Source of the DNA: Lama guanicoe
Taxonomy: Eukaryota
Length of the DNA: 64,000 nucleotides
Assembly (NCBI GenBank): GCA_013239625.1
Contig: MU053588.1
Coordinates: 1,389,988 to 1,453,987, forward strand
Direction of reading: 5' to 3'
Below the pieces are notes generated by a model. The model saw only the letters and a program-made list of their open reading frames with translations, was not told the DNA's origin and did no database searches. Made by a program: the position numbers and the translations under genes. This document shows, piece by piece, positions 1 to 11,400 of this stretch (its first letter is position 1; every line of letters begins with the position of its first letter).

Positions 1-139
1 GGGGAGACCCAAGCACCCCAGGGCAGAGGCCCAGCTGCCAGGCGAGGGGCCGGGCATCAAACATTCATGCTGGGCGAGGCCTTGGCGGTTCCATATCCCA
101 TGCAGAGCCCGGTGAGCCAGAGACAGCAGCCAGCTGTTG

Positions 140-177
140 AGCTATTTCCAGGTGGCCCCGGGGTTGGAAAGAGAAAG
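140..177 (-). CDS. SARS2: SARS2 exon 6, apparently truncated
   Basis: cag|(A)[12 protein letters not shown], then homology is lost; no GT donor at the expected position; in-frame TGA at 67-65. Confidence 0.75.
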
Positions 178-3100
178 CTGTATGTGGATGGAAAGCAACA
201 GTAAGAGGGAGAGACAGACAGGGAACAGGGACAGAGAGAAAGAGGATTAGAGAGACAAAGAAAGGAGAGAGAGTAGATGCAGGGAGGGAGAGAGGGGAGA
301 GGAAGAGAGATACTTAAAAGTGTGTGGTTGCACATGCCCATGAAACACACACACACACATATACAAAGACAAGTAAGAAAGCCTGATGAGGGGGTGAGGT
401 GAGGGGAGAGAGAATGAAAACTGAGAACTGCCTGCAGAGACAGCTAAAGCCCAGCCAGGCCGCCTCCCGCAGCACTAGGAGCTCTCTGGGCTCCAGCTTC
501 TGTCCAGACCCCAGCCTGCACCCTTCCCCTCCCCTCCACCCCCCTGGCACCTGGGCTATGGCCCACCTGGCTTGTCTCCGACTACATGGAGCACTCGGGC
601 CTGGCTCTCATCCCCGACGGGCTGCAGGGAGACAGTGGGCCGGGCATCACCGGGAAGGTGGCAGTAGGCGGGCTCCTGGCCTCCCCGGCCGCCCAGCATG
701 GCACTTACCACATCTGGGTGGGTTTGGTTGGGCAGCCTCAGCGCCTGCAGGTAGAACTGCTCCTCAAGCTGGGCCTCCTTGGGGTACAGGAGCGTGAGCT
801 GCTTCCGGATCTCCCGGCCGTGTGCCCGCAGACTCTGATATTGCGGGTCCTGGGAGTGGGGCAAGTGGGCTCAGCTCAGGAGAGAGTGGGGTCCCTCAGC
901 CAGTTTGATCTTGATCCTGGCTACCATAGCCTTTGGGGTGGATGTTCACTGCTTCTTCTTTTGGCTCAACATACTGAATTTCCTTTTGGGAACCTCCCCT
1001 TATCACCATGTGGCATGTCCATGGGGATATGACTCTGGCCTGGCCTCTTAGAACATTCCCTTGCCTTGGCCATCGTGATTGGCTCAAAGACAGGCAGAAG
1101 ACCCAAGCCGAACTTATGTGAACGGTTCTCTCTGTACCAAACCCTGCCTGCCCTTCTCCCAATGGGAGAAAGCTGGTCTGGGAATAAGAAGAACCAAATA
1201 TGAAGCTAGCACCTAGATCCAGCTGTACCCGAAGCCAGTATTTTTAGTTTCATGAATCAATAGAGCCTGTTGTTTTTTTCCTTAATCCTATTTGAGCTAT
1301 GTTTTCTACCACATACAATGGAGAATTCATGACTGATATGGTATCCTCACTGCCCACCCCCCACTGGGACAGGATATAAACTCCCTGTAGTACCTGCTCC
1401 ACTTGACTGTTGTCCTGATTTACCTGGTGGAAAAGAGAATGAGGGGTGATTAGGTTGATGAAGTTGAGGGTGAGATGGGGGAGAAAAAGGAAGGATGAAA
1501 GGTCACGGCCAGGGGATCTGAATTCCTTGCTCTGCCAGCACCTGGCTAGACCCTCCTCCACTCTGTGCCTCAGTTTCTCTGTCAGCAAAGCTAACAGGAG
1601 ATAAGATAACATAATAGTAATCATGCCTGCAGCTCCAAATATCCTGCCTGGCCCCGTGCAGAAGGCTCTTACTCATCCTATTTCTTCATCACTCCATGAG
1701 GCTGGCATCACTGTGATCCCCGTTTTGTAGATGAGAAAACTTGAGGCTGGGAAAGGTAAAGTCTGAGCAAGTATTTGGACGCCTGAGACCAAGGACCTCT
1801 GATACTTGGAACCTTCTACGGTCCTGAGTACCAGAGGGAATCAGACAGATCTGGGTTTGAATGTTGGGTGTCTACCGGCTGTGTGCCCTTAGGCAAACCT
1901 CTTCCTTTCTCTGAGCCTCGGTATCCCAGCCTGTGAAATGCGCTGATAATAGGAGCTCCCCAGCAGGGCTGCTGCACGGCTTCCCCGAGAAGATGAACCA
2001 GTGCTCACTGAACATTCACTGTGATCAGTTCTGTTGTTTTTGCCACCTGCCCGCCTGTGATGCATGTAGCCTTGGGCCTGGCAAGACACAGTAGGTCACT
2101 GGGAGGTGTAATTAGGGGGTGGGGGGAGGCCTTCGGGCAGAGTGGTGAAAAGTAGCCCAAATGTCTGGGTGCAAACCCCACCTCTCCTACTTCCCAGCTG
2201 TGAGACTTAGGCATGTTTTAACTTCCTGAGGCCTCAGTTTCCTTGGCTGTAGATCTGGGTCAGTACTGTTCCTCACAGAGCTGTGAGCCTGAGAGTAAGG
2301 AGGGCACCTGGAACAGTGCCTGGCACACAGCGACGGCTGTATAAATGTCTGCTGGGATGAGGACGATTGTCTGTCAGCCCTCTGTAGCAAAAGCAGTTGG
2401 CTGTCCAACCCTAGACCGTCTGCCCTCTTTCCTCCTTCTAACCTAAGACCTCTGACTCAGTTCACCCTCCTGTATTTCAGGGAACACGGGCCCTGCCTCC
2501 TGCCCTTGACTGGTGTGGGTGTGGGGCATCTGAGCCCATGAGACATGAGGGGACTGTGCTGGATGCCTCAGGAAAGGTCTCCCTGCTCTTGGAAAAGGCA
2601 CTCAAGCTGAAGAAGTTTCCTTTTCTGTCTCCAGCAGTCATGCCAAAAGATGGCGAACCACAGCAGCCACCTTAGAACTGCAAGAGGGGAAACAGGTCAG
2701 CACAGTGAAGTTCCAGGTGGAGACAGAGGGAAAGAACCAGGGCTCGGGATGCTGGAGGGGACCCTGAATGGCTTGTTTTGTGAGATAATAAGTGTCCCCA
2801 TCCTTCAAATTCCTGAAATTGGGTTTCCTGTTACCTGCAGCCAGGGGCATCCCACCGCCAACCCCTCCCACCCCAGGACCCCTGTTCACCAGCAAGGCCC
2901 GCACTGCCTCAGTCACAGCCCCCTTCTCCTCCTCCAGGCTCCGGATCTGCTCCCGCAGCTGCCTCAGCTCCTGCCACGTAGAGATCTGGGGGTAGACACC
3001 AGAGGAAAGGTATGAGGTGGCCACTGTCCCCTACATCTTCTGGCTGGAGCCTCACCCTACTGCCCCCTACTACTATTATTACTATTCACTGCCTTATTTT

Positions 3101-3887
3101 CAACCAGCCACCAGAGGCCATCTGGAACATAATATAGACGCTCCCTAAATATCTGTTCAGTAGAACATTCATTCATTAAATAACACCATTTACCTGCCTG
3201 CTACCTGTGGGGTAGGTGCAGAACTCCACCTCTCACTCTGCAAAGGCAAGAGGCCCCCCTCACCTCTGATTCACATGCCTGTTCCCCGTTTTCCTTTGTG
3301 GCCTTAGGGTACGCCTGGCATGAGGTTGAAGGACGTAGGACATTGGCAGATCCTAGAGCAGAATGGGTACCCAGCAAACTTTATGGAACAGGAGCATTAT
3401 GGGTTTCTAGACACTACGGCCTTAGCACTCCGTGGATAACAGGCACGTACATGGGTGTCAAGGACAACACATTGGTAAACCTGGGAAGGAGCAAAAATTC
3501 CTGCGGTAAGACCGCCCCCTGCTGAAGAGTATCTTACAAGCCTACTCTGTCGGTGAAGCAACCAGCCAATAGGCAAAGCTACCCGGCCCCGCGACCCCGG
3601 GCCGGCGCAAGCGCACTCACGATAGCGGGCAGATCTTCTGCCCGTAGCTCCCCCTTGCGGTGCTCCAGGGCGCGCGCGGCCTCTTCCGGGTATGCGCACA
3701 ACGGCTCCATGTCTAGCTGAGGGAGCGCGCTGTAGCCTTCGCGCGCGTGCTCGTACAGGAGGTTCCGGTCTCTTCTCTCCGTAGCGAAACTCCTCTTTGG
3801 GCTCTGGTTGCAGGTGCAGCCTCCCCAGAACTGCAGGCCTCGACCAGCCACCAGAAGACACAAGCGCCGCACTACGGATGCAGCCAT
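140..3887 (-). CDS. SARS2: Mitochondrial seryl-tRNA synthetase, 5' part (exons 1-5 plus first part of exon 6)
   Basis: join(3887-3621, 2985-2890, 1423-1394, 849-709, 621-567, 177-~140). The introns are GT-AG and in frame: [11 protein letters not shown]...[14 protein letters not shown].../[18 protein letters not shown]...[17 protein letters not shown]...[16 protein letters not shown]. Matches mammalian SARS2 as recalled. Confidence 0.95.
567..621 (-). CDS. SARS2: SARS2 exon 5 (55 nt)
   Basis: cag|[18 protein letters not shown]+G|gtgggc. Confidence 0.95.
709..849 (-). CDS. SARS2: SARS2 exon 4 (141 nt)
   Basis: cag|[11 protein letters not shown]...LPNQTHPDV|gtaagt. Confidence 0.95.
1394..1423 (-). 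CDS. SARS2: SARS2 micro-exon 3 (30 nt)
   Basis: cag|[10 protein letters not shown]|gtacta. Confidence 0.88.
2890..2985 (-). CDS. SARS2: SARS2 exon 2 (96 nt)
   Basis: cag|[32 protein letters not shown]|gtgaac. Confidence 0.95.
3621..3887 (-). CDS. SARS2: SARS2 coding exon 1 (267 nt)
   Basis: ATG at 3887-3885; ends DLPAI followed by a GTGAGT donor. Confidence 0.95.
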
Positions 3888-3889
3888 CT

Positions 3890-4200
3890 TGGAAGGTGGA
3901 CAAAGAGTTACGGACCCTTCGTCCCGCCCACTATGCGTTTAGACCAGTTGCAAAGCCGCTATTGTGCTCGGAAAGAGCCAATCAGACCCTGGAAGGGGGT
4001 GATCCCCTTCTATGCATTAAAAAAAAAAAAAAGCCATTTCAGTGAGAACAGTTGTTCGAGATTGACACTATCCTTGCCCAATCGTCGCCTGTTCCCCGCC
4101 CCTTTAGTTTACGCGAGAGGCAGAACCAGCCAATCCCTGCCGGGATAATCCCCACACCCGGCTAGAGGCCCGATTCCGCGTGTCTACGGACCTTGCTGGG
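3890..4200. promoter_or_regulatory. SARS2/MRPS12 bidirectional CpG-island promoter with CCAAT (NF-Y) boxes
   Basis: Head-to-head ATGs at 3887 and 4515; CCAAT at 3978, 4078 and 4130 (another at 3566 in SARS2 intron 1); CpG-rich. Confidence 0.85.
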
Positions 4201-4514
4201 GTCGGTGAGGTCGACAGTGCTCTTGCCTTCTCTAAACTTTCCCCGGCCTCCCCTCAGTTTCCTTGTACCTCCTGTACGTGGGCGGGGGCGGTTGGGTTCC
4301 CGAGATCCTACTTAGCGAGGCTAAACTTACAGAGGGACTCTGTAGGCAGCGTTAGGGGTTGTGGTAACGCGGTCAGGAAACTCCTTAGATTTAACCAGAA
4401 GGCTCCGAGAGTGGGATGGGGAGAATTTGGACCCTTCCCCTACGACAGCCGCTTTCCCCTCCTGCTCCTTTCTGAGTCTCTTACCCATAACGCAGGGACG
4501 CTGCAGACGGCGTA

Positions 4515-4563
4515 ATGTCCTGGTCCGGCCTTCTCCGTGGCCTCAGCACGTCCCTAAATTATG
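4515..4563 (+). CDS. MRPS12: MRPS12 first coding exon (targeting peptide)
   Basis: Acceptor cgcag| before 4496, ATG at 4515, donor gtaagt at 4564. Confidence 0.92.
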
Positions 4564-6870
4564 GTAAGTGGAGGGCTTGGACGGCAGAGACGAGGCTGGG
4601 TGAGGGTTAACCCCCTCCCCCGGACATGTGTCCTTCTGCCATGGCCCCGAGGGAATCAGGGTTTTAAATCGGGAATGGATACACAGTGGGTTTTGGCGGA
4701 GCTGGGGTTGCAAGTGCAAGAGGTGGGAAGTGGTTGTATTGAGGGCTACTGTGCATCAGGTGGGTATCATGAGTTTGGGTAGGTTATATCTTCAGCAAAT
4801 AATGTTAAATACTTCCTGTGGGTGAGACATCCAGGCAAGACGTTGGAGCCGTTCATTCAACTGATATTTTTCAAGAGCCTAGTACATGCCAGGCATTGTG
4901 TGGGACACTTTATGAACCTATTTTTTCCCCCACAAACATCAAATGCTTTTCATGGGCCATGACCTTTGTGAAATATTCCACTCTCTTAGTCACTCTGGAA
5001 ACCTTTATTAAACATCTTCTTTTTGACACTCACCTAGGGTCACAGGGCTGGACAAGACAGACCTGCGCCCTGCTTGGGGGATCTGGGCTAGCTTGACTTG
5101 CATATCTCATGGGAGCCTCACACAGGAGGGAGATGTGATTATGGTGCCCACCAGACAGATGAGGACACTGAGGCACTGAGACATGAACAGTCTTGCTCGA
5201 GGGCACACCATTAGGAAGACACTTCTAGGAACATCTCCTCCCCTTTGAGGGTTCTGCTGTAACTTGAGGCATAAAGACACATGGAAATGGAGAGCAAAGC
5301 CAGGACCTGCCCTGGATATGGAGGGGAGTATGAAGTTTGGGTGGGAGAGGGCATCCGTGCTAGTGACAGAGAGAGAGGATGCACCTCAAAGCCCTGCTCT
5401 CTGGGTTGAGGGTATAGCTCAGTGGTAGAGCACATGCTTAGCATGCACAAAGTTCTGGGTTTAATTCCCAGTACCTCCATTTAAAAAAGAAAGAAATCAA
5501 GGCCCTGGTCTGGGAGCTCCAAGACGGTACAGCCCAGGGCTGTCTCAATCACCACCGTGTCTCCGTTTCTGGGGCCAGGACTCAGTAAGTGCTCCATGAA
5601 TGTCTGGAAGAGAAGTCAGTTATCTCTGAGCTTTCTTACATCCTACTTACTGTCCACGAGCAAGTGCTGTCGTCTGCCGTAGAAACCTATTCCCTCCCCT
5701 TTCCCCAACCAGCAGCCACACTGCTCTCCTTTTCTGTTGGTGTGTTTGTGGACACAGGCTGGAGCCAGGAGAGCAAGGAGGCGAGTGGGGAGATGAGGTC
5801 AGAGAATTAAGGGGCGGACCCTGTGGGGCCTCATGGGCCCCTGGCTGGGGCAGGGGGTGGGCGTGGGGATTTGGCTCTTGCCCTGACTGAGATGGAGCCA
5901 CAGGAGGGCTCTGAGCAGGGGAGGGGTGTGATCTGATCCAGGTGTCTACAGGGCCCCTCTGGCTGCATGTGGGGAGCACACAGTAGGAGGAGGAAGGCTT
6001 GGGAGACGAGGGTGGACAGGACCAGGGTGGATCTAGTGGGGGGGTGGGGCAAGAAAAGAGGGATTCCGATCAGTTTTGAAGGTTCCGTTGACAGGATCTG
6101 CTCACGGGGATGGGAGTGGGGCGAGGTGCGATAGTAGGAGACCCAGGGATACCCCATAGGGGCACTGTGGGGCGGCATGAGTTAATGCAGGTATGGTGCA
6201 TAGAACAGTGCAGCGCGCAGTGTGAGCCTGTTTGTGTTTATTATGTTTAAACAACATTAAAATAAATAAATGTTCTCTGCAGAATAAAATGAGTTAATCC
6301 ATGTAAAATGCTTAAAATAGAACCTGACACGTGAGGGAACTGTTATTACTCTTACCCGTGACTACCGCTGGATGTACACACATGCATCCCCGCGATGTGC
6401 CTACACCGGTCCGCAGAACACCAGAACGGAGTGGCTGATGCTATTATCTGTTCACTGGTATAACGGACCCCACTCTGCTCTCCGGTTGTGTCTCTCCAGG
6501 ACTAGCCCTGGTCCCCCAGACCTGGGCCACGCGCCCCATGGCCACCCTGAACCAGATACACCGCAAGGGGCCTCCGAAGTTTCCGCCTCGGAAATTGGGC
6601 CCCACGGAGGGCCGTCCGCAGCTGAAGGGCGTGGTCCTGCGCACGTTCATCCGCAAGCCCAAGAAGCCCAACTCGGCCAACCGCAAGTGCTGCCGCGTGC
6701 GGCTCAGCACGGGCCGTGAGGCCGTCTGCTTCATCCCGGGAGAGGGCCACAACCTGCAGGAGCACCACGTCGTGCTGGTGCAGGGCGGCCGCACGCAGGA
6801 CCTGCCCGGCGTCAAGCTCACCATCGTGCGCGGCAAGTACGACTGCGGCCACGTGCAGAAGAAGAAGTGA
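4515..6870 (+). CDS. MRPS12: Mitochondrial ribosomal protein S12 (uS12m), 139 aa
   Basis: join(4515-4563, 6500-6870) = 420 nt: [38 protein letters not shown]...[10 protein letters not shown]...[11 protein letters not shown]...KKK*; gtaagt and ccag splice sites. Confidence 0.97.
5405..5495 (+). mobile_element. tRNA-derived SINE (camelid type)
   Basis: GGGTATAGCTCAGTGGTAGAG...CTGGGTTTAATTCCCAGTACCTCC plus A tail; about 14 copies in the window. Confidence 0.85.
6500..6870 (+). CDS. MRPS12: MRPS12 last coding exon
   Basis: S12 signature PKKPNSA; TGA at 6868-6870. Confidence 0.97.
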
Positions 6871-7114
6871 CTGCGAGGGACACGGCGGGTGGGTGTTCAC
6901 GCAGAACGGGACCCTTCCCCTCGGGGCTCCGGCAGCATCCTCGGGGAGCTGGCCCAGCTCTAGAAGTAGCCGGTCCTGGCTCAAACCCCGGCCACCTCTT
7001 CCGTCAGAGCCACCCTTAACCCATAGTGGTCTTGGGTATGAATCAGAAAAAGGCGCCCCTCTCCCAACACCCTTGGACAAGACGCTTTATTGCCATCTGC
7101 TGGCGAGGGGTTCT

Positions 7115-7120
7115 AATAAA
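7115..7120 (+). terminator. MRPS12 polyadenylation signal
   Basis: AATAAA about 245 nt after the stop, with GT-rich sequence downstream. Confidence 0.75.
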
Positions 7121-8314
7121 CAGACCACCCCCATGGTTGCGGCTGGACCCTCCTTGCATGGTATTCGTTCTCCGTGTGGTCTTGGCAACTGACATCCCCT
7201 CTGGCCTCAGTTTCCTCCTCCAGGAAAAATAGTCCCACCTGCAGTATCCCCTTTGTTGAATTTGATAAGGAGTAAACTAGACGCTTTATGTGCATTAACA
7301 CGTGCGATGGCTACTCCGTTCAGGTGGGCAGCACCGAGGCCCAGTTCCCCTTTCTGCAGGCGGAGGGAGGGCCTGGGCAAGAAGGCCCCGCTGTCAGGCT
7401 TCCTCATCAGAAAAGTGGCAGTAATTGTAATGCCAGCAAGGAAAGGGTGTTGAAAGGATTGGATGGGGTGTGTGACTCTTCTCCGTTATTCTCAGACACA
7501 CACACTTGGCTTCAAATCCTGACTCCACCTCTTCGTTGTTCTAGGACTCTGGGTATATTTGTTCCCCGTTCAGGCTGCAGTTTCCTACCTTGGAAAATGG
7601 GACTGAGGGTAATGCTGACCTCACGCCATCCCCTGCTTGGCCATGTTAGATTTTTAAGGTTTGGGAGCTGTGCTATTATCACCAGGCCCGGGAACCCAAT
7701 TGGTACAAGTCTGGCCTCCCCTACTTACTGGCCATGGGACCCGGGGGCTGATGGGCAGTTCTGGGGGAGGTTGTGCGGCCCTGCAGCTGAACCCCAAAGA
7801 CTCCCCAAAGCAACAGAGTTCCCTTTGATGCCCCTGTTGGTCCCCTCAAGGACAGATTGTCCTGATTGACCTCTGCACCCTGCCAGCAATCGCCTTACCC
7901 CCAAAACATGCTGACGAGTGACTGGCCCGGACTGTCGGCAGCTTTCCCCCTCTATTAGAAATCCTGGTCTGGCCTTTGTTTTTGACTCAGTCTATCAACT
8001 GATATCCACACATGAGAAAAAACGTGCAGGTAAAGTACAGGTCTCTATTCTTTGATGCCCCCTGCAGCCCCACCCCTGGAAGCTGGGGAAGCAGTGGCCA
8101 GCTGGGTTTGATCCTTGGTTTCCTGAACAGCATGTGGGTCACTATGCTGAAGCAGCAGAGAGTGGGCTTCCCTGGAGGTGTGCCAGCAACAGTCCACGTG
8201 GGACCCCCACTGTCCCCTGGCATCCTCTGGATCCTGGCTGCAAAGCTGCACTTGATTGACATCAGTGACTGGCAGGTGGCAGCATGTCCCCAGAGGCCAG
8301 ATCAGGCTGGTTAG

Positions 8315-8458
8315 CTAGGGCAGGCGGATCCTGACCTTCACGCTGGAGTGGGTCACGAGGGCGCCGTAGTGTCCCACCCAGGATCGCGTGTCTCTCCCAT
8401 ACTGCTCAAAAGACACATAGCGGATTCCCTTGCCGAAGTTGGTGAAGACGTGGGAGAC
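8315..8458 (-). CDS. FBXO17: FBXO17 last coding exon (144 nt)
   Basis: [47 protein letters not shown]. Confidence 0.95.
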   Translation of the reverse strand, partial: VSHVFTNFGKGIRYVSFEQYGRDTRSWVGHYGALVTHSSVKVRIRLP

Positions 8459-11400
8459 CTGGGTCGGGAAGGAGAGCAAGAGGCTGAGGTCCTGAGGGCT
8501 CCTCGACAGATACTCCCCAGCACCGAGTAGGTGGTACCCAGCTCTACTCTGAGTGTGGGGGATACAGCAGTGAAGAAAGCAGCAAAAAGATCCTGCTTTG
8601 GTGAAGCTGACCATCTAGTAGGAGACTCGGACCCTGAAAACAGATGGGGGAAGGGCAGAGGGAAGTCTGCAGGAGGGTGGGGTTGTACAGTGAGTAAGAG
8701 CTGCACTGAGATAACATCTGAGCAGAGACATGGAGTGGGGGAGGCTTTTGGGGATCTGGAGGAAAAGTGTTCAGGGAGATAAACAGTGCAAAGGCCCTGT
8801 GGTGACAGTGTGCCTAGAGCAGGGTGAGGGGAGAAGTAGGAGATGGGGTCTGGGAGGTAAGGGGCAGATCATGTGGGGCCCTTTGGGCCACAGAAGGGCT
8901 TTGACTTCCGGGCTTTTTATCTTTTGCAATAATTTTTAATTGAGAGAGAGAAAATTCACCTCACTGTAAAATGTACCACTTAAAACTACAATTCAGTGGT
9001 TTTTTGGTATTTTTGAAATGTTATGCAACCATCACCACTGTCTAATTCTGGAACATTGTCATCACCCCAGAAGAAAACCTTGAATCCATTAGCTGTCACT
9101 TCCAATTCCTCCCTCCCCTCCCCCCTGGCAACCACTAATCTGTCTGCTTTCTGTCTTTATGGCTTTACTTATTCTGGACGTTTCATATAGGTGGAACCAT
9201 ACAATATGTGGCTTTTGTGTATGGCCTCTTTCCACTTAGCACAGTGTTTCCAAGCCTCACTGGTGTTGCAGCATGAATCTGTACTTCCATCCTTTTGACA
9301 GTGGCAGGACGGGACATTGGCTTTTGCTCTGAGATGTAGCCACGGGAGGGCTACAAGCAGGGGTGTGTGTGTGATCTGACTCACTTTTTAATGGGATCTT
9401 TCTAGATGCTGAGTCTGTGTGTTGGGCTGGGGGTGGGTGGGAGGAGATCAGAAGTGGAAACTGGAAGACCTCCCCCAAAAAAGGTTACTTTGATAAATGA
9501 GGTATGATTATGGTGACAACTTATGCTCAAGACCCAGCCTGGGCTTGCTTCGGGCCCTGCACGCTTCAGTGTGACTTTGGGTGAGTCACCAAACCTCCCT
9601 GCTTTAGTTTCTTCAACTCAAGTAGGGGGATGGAACAGGGACTTACATTCCCAGCAACCAGAGCAGGGCCCAGCACACAGTAGGTGCTCAATAAATGTAT
9701 GTTGAAGAACTAGGCTGTTGGGCTAATGAAATGAATTAATGGGTGAAACTCTTGGGACAGGTCTGTAATAAGGGCTCAGTGATTGAACAGAATCTGAGCA
9801 GGGTGGGAGGTGGGTGTGCCTTGGGGCAGGTCAGGGGTGGTGTGGAAGAGGGTCTGGACCCACCTGGCGGCAGCCTCTCTCAGTCCACTGAAGGACTGGG
9901 TTGGGCGAGGCCGAAAACTTGACCACTTCGTTTTCGTACACATCCAGGAGGCGGACCCGGAGTCGGTAGATGCAGCCACAGTTCTCCCGGGCGCCCCACC
10001 TGCCAGGTGGTGGTGAGCCTTGATGCCCCCGCCACCTACTCAGGTCTCTCAGGGGGAGGGAGGCTGAGGGCTGGGCTTCCCCAAAAGGATGAGGTCAGGC
10101 CTGGGAACCTAGGGGAAGGAGCCTGGGTGCTCCTGGGTCAGATTCTGTAGGCTTTGGGTCAGGTGTGTGTTGTGGGAATACAGCATCTGAGGAGGAACCA
10201 CAACCTGGGGGAGGAGCCTGAGGGTGTGGGAAGCTGGATGCTCTGGGGTGGCCACAGTTTTGGGGAGAAGCCAGAGCCCCACGGAAGAAACTGGATTTTC
10301 TGTGGAGGAACAAGATCTTGAGGGAAGCACCCAAACACTTTGGGAAACAACCTGGGTGCTCTGGAATGGAGGGTGCTCATTGTGAGCCCACAGGCTCTGA
10401 AACTAGCCAGTGCCTCATCCCAACTCTCAGGGCACAAAGCTCCCAACCCTTCTCAGGCCTTGGGTCTAGGGTCAGGGCTGAGTTGTCCTGGGAGAGGGGG
10501 ATGCTTGTTTCAGATTGAGTCAAGCCAGTCAGTGGCCCCTATGCCGACAACCCCGGGGCCTGCTGCAAAGAGGGTGGGGAAGAGAGCAGAGTGGGGACTC
10601 TGGGCTCACCAAGGGGCCGCCCCTCCCTGGCTCTGCTACTGTGAAAGCATCGCTTTCCCCGCTCTCAGCCTCACTATGAAGGGGGCACAGTAGCAATGCC
10701 AGCCAGCCTGTGGGGTTGGTGGGGACATGAAATGAACCCCTTCTGCTGAACTGCTGCCATCACCGTTGATGCTTGGGGGCAGGTCGCCATTCTCCACTTA
10801 CCAGTCGGCCACACAGATCTCGATCTGGGCGCTGTCCAGCAGTTCCTGCCACAACCCCTCCATCACCAAGTCCACAAGCTGCCTCTTGAAGCACCATCTG
10901 GGAAGGACGGATGGTGGGAGGAGGCGGGGCGGCAGAGTCCCATATTTCAAGTCACAGCCCAGAAATCACCTCCTCCCAGAAGCCTCCCCTGATCACCTTG
11001 TCTAAAGCAGCTCCTCAGGGTTGCTCTACCAGACAAGATGTATGATGAGCTGGGCATCCCCACTGGCCTCTCAGATCCTCTCCACCATTCTCCACCCTGC
11101 TCTGGGCTCCAGGAAGCTGACCGTATGCAGGCCTGCCCCTAATATGTGGGGACCGGGACATGAGTACAAACGGAGGGCCACACACTAGACATCTGAGCAG
11201 GGAATTCTGGGGTCTCTGACAACAAGTTTGCGTTGCCTGTGTGGGCAGGTCTCCCTCACCCTCTGCTTCCTGTTGGGTCAGCCAATGGGAAGCTCCAGCA
11301 GGAGATGGAAGAAGAAGAATGTGAGATCAGGACATTTATTCTGCTGGCTCCCTCCCAAGGGAATCATCAGGGAACTGTTGTGTCTCTCAACAAAAAGGCA

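Noticed and set aside
5405..5495. tRNA-like sequences with A and B boxes
   Set aside because: About 14 divergent copies with A-rich tails; these are SINEs, not tRNA genes.
6538..6870. Bacterial rpsL-like ORF suggesting horizontal transfer
   Set aside because: It is the last exon of nuclear MRPS12, spliced to a targeting-peptide exon in its usual synteny.
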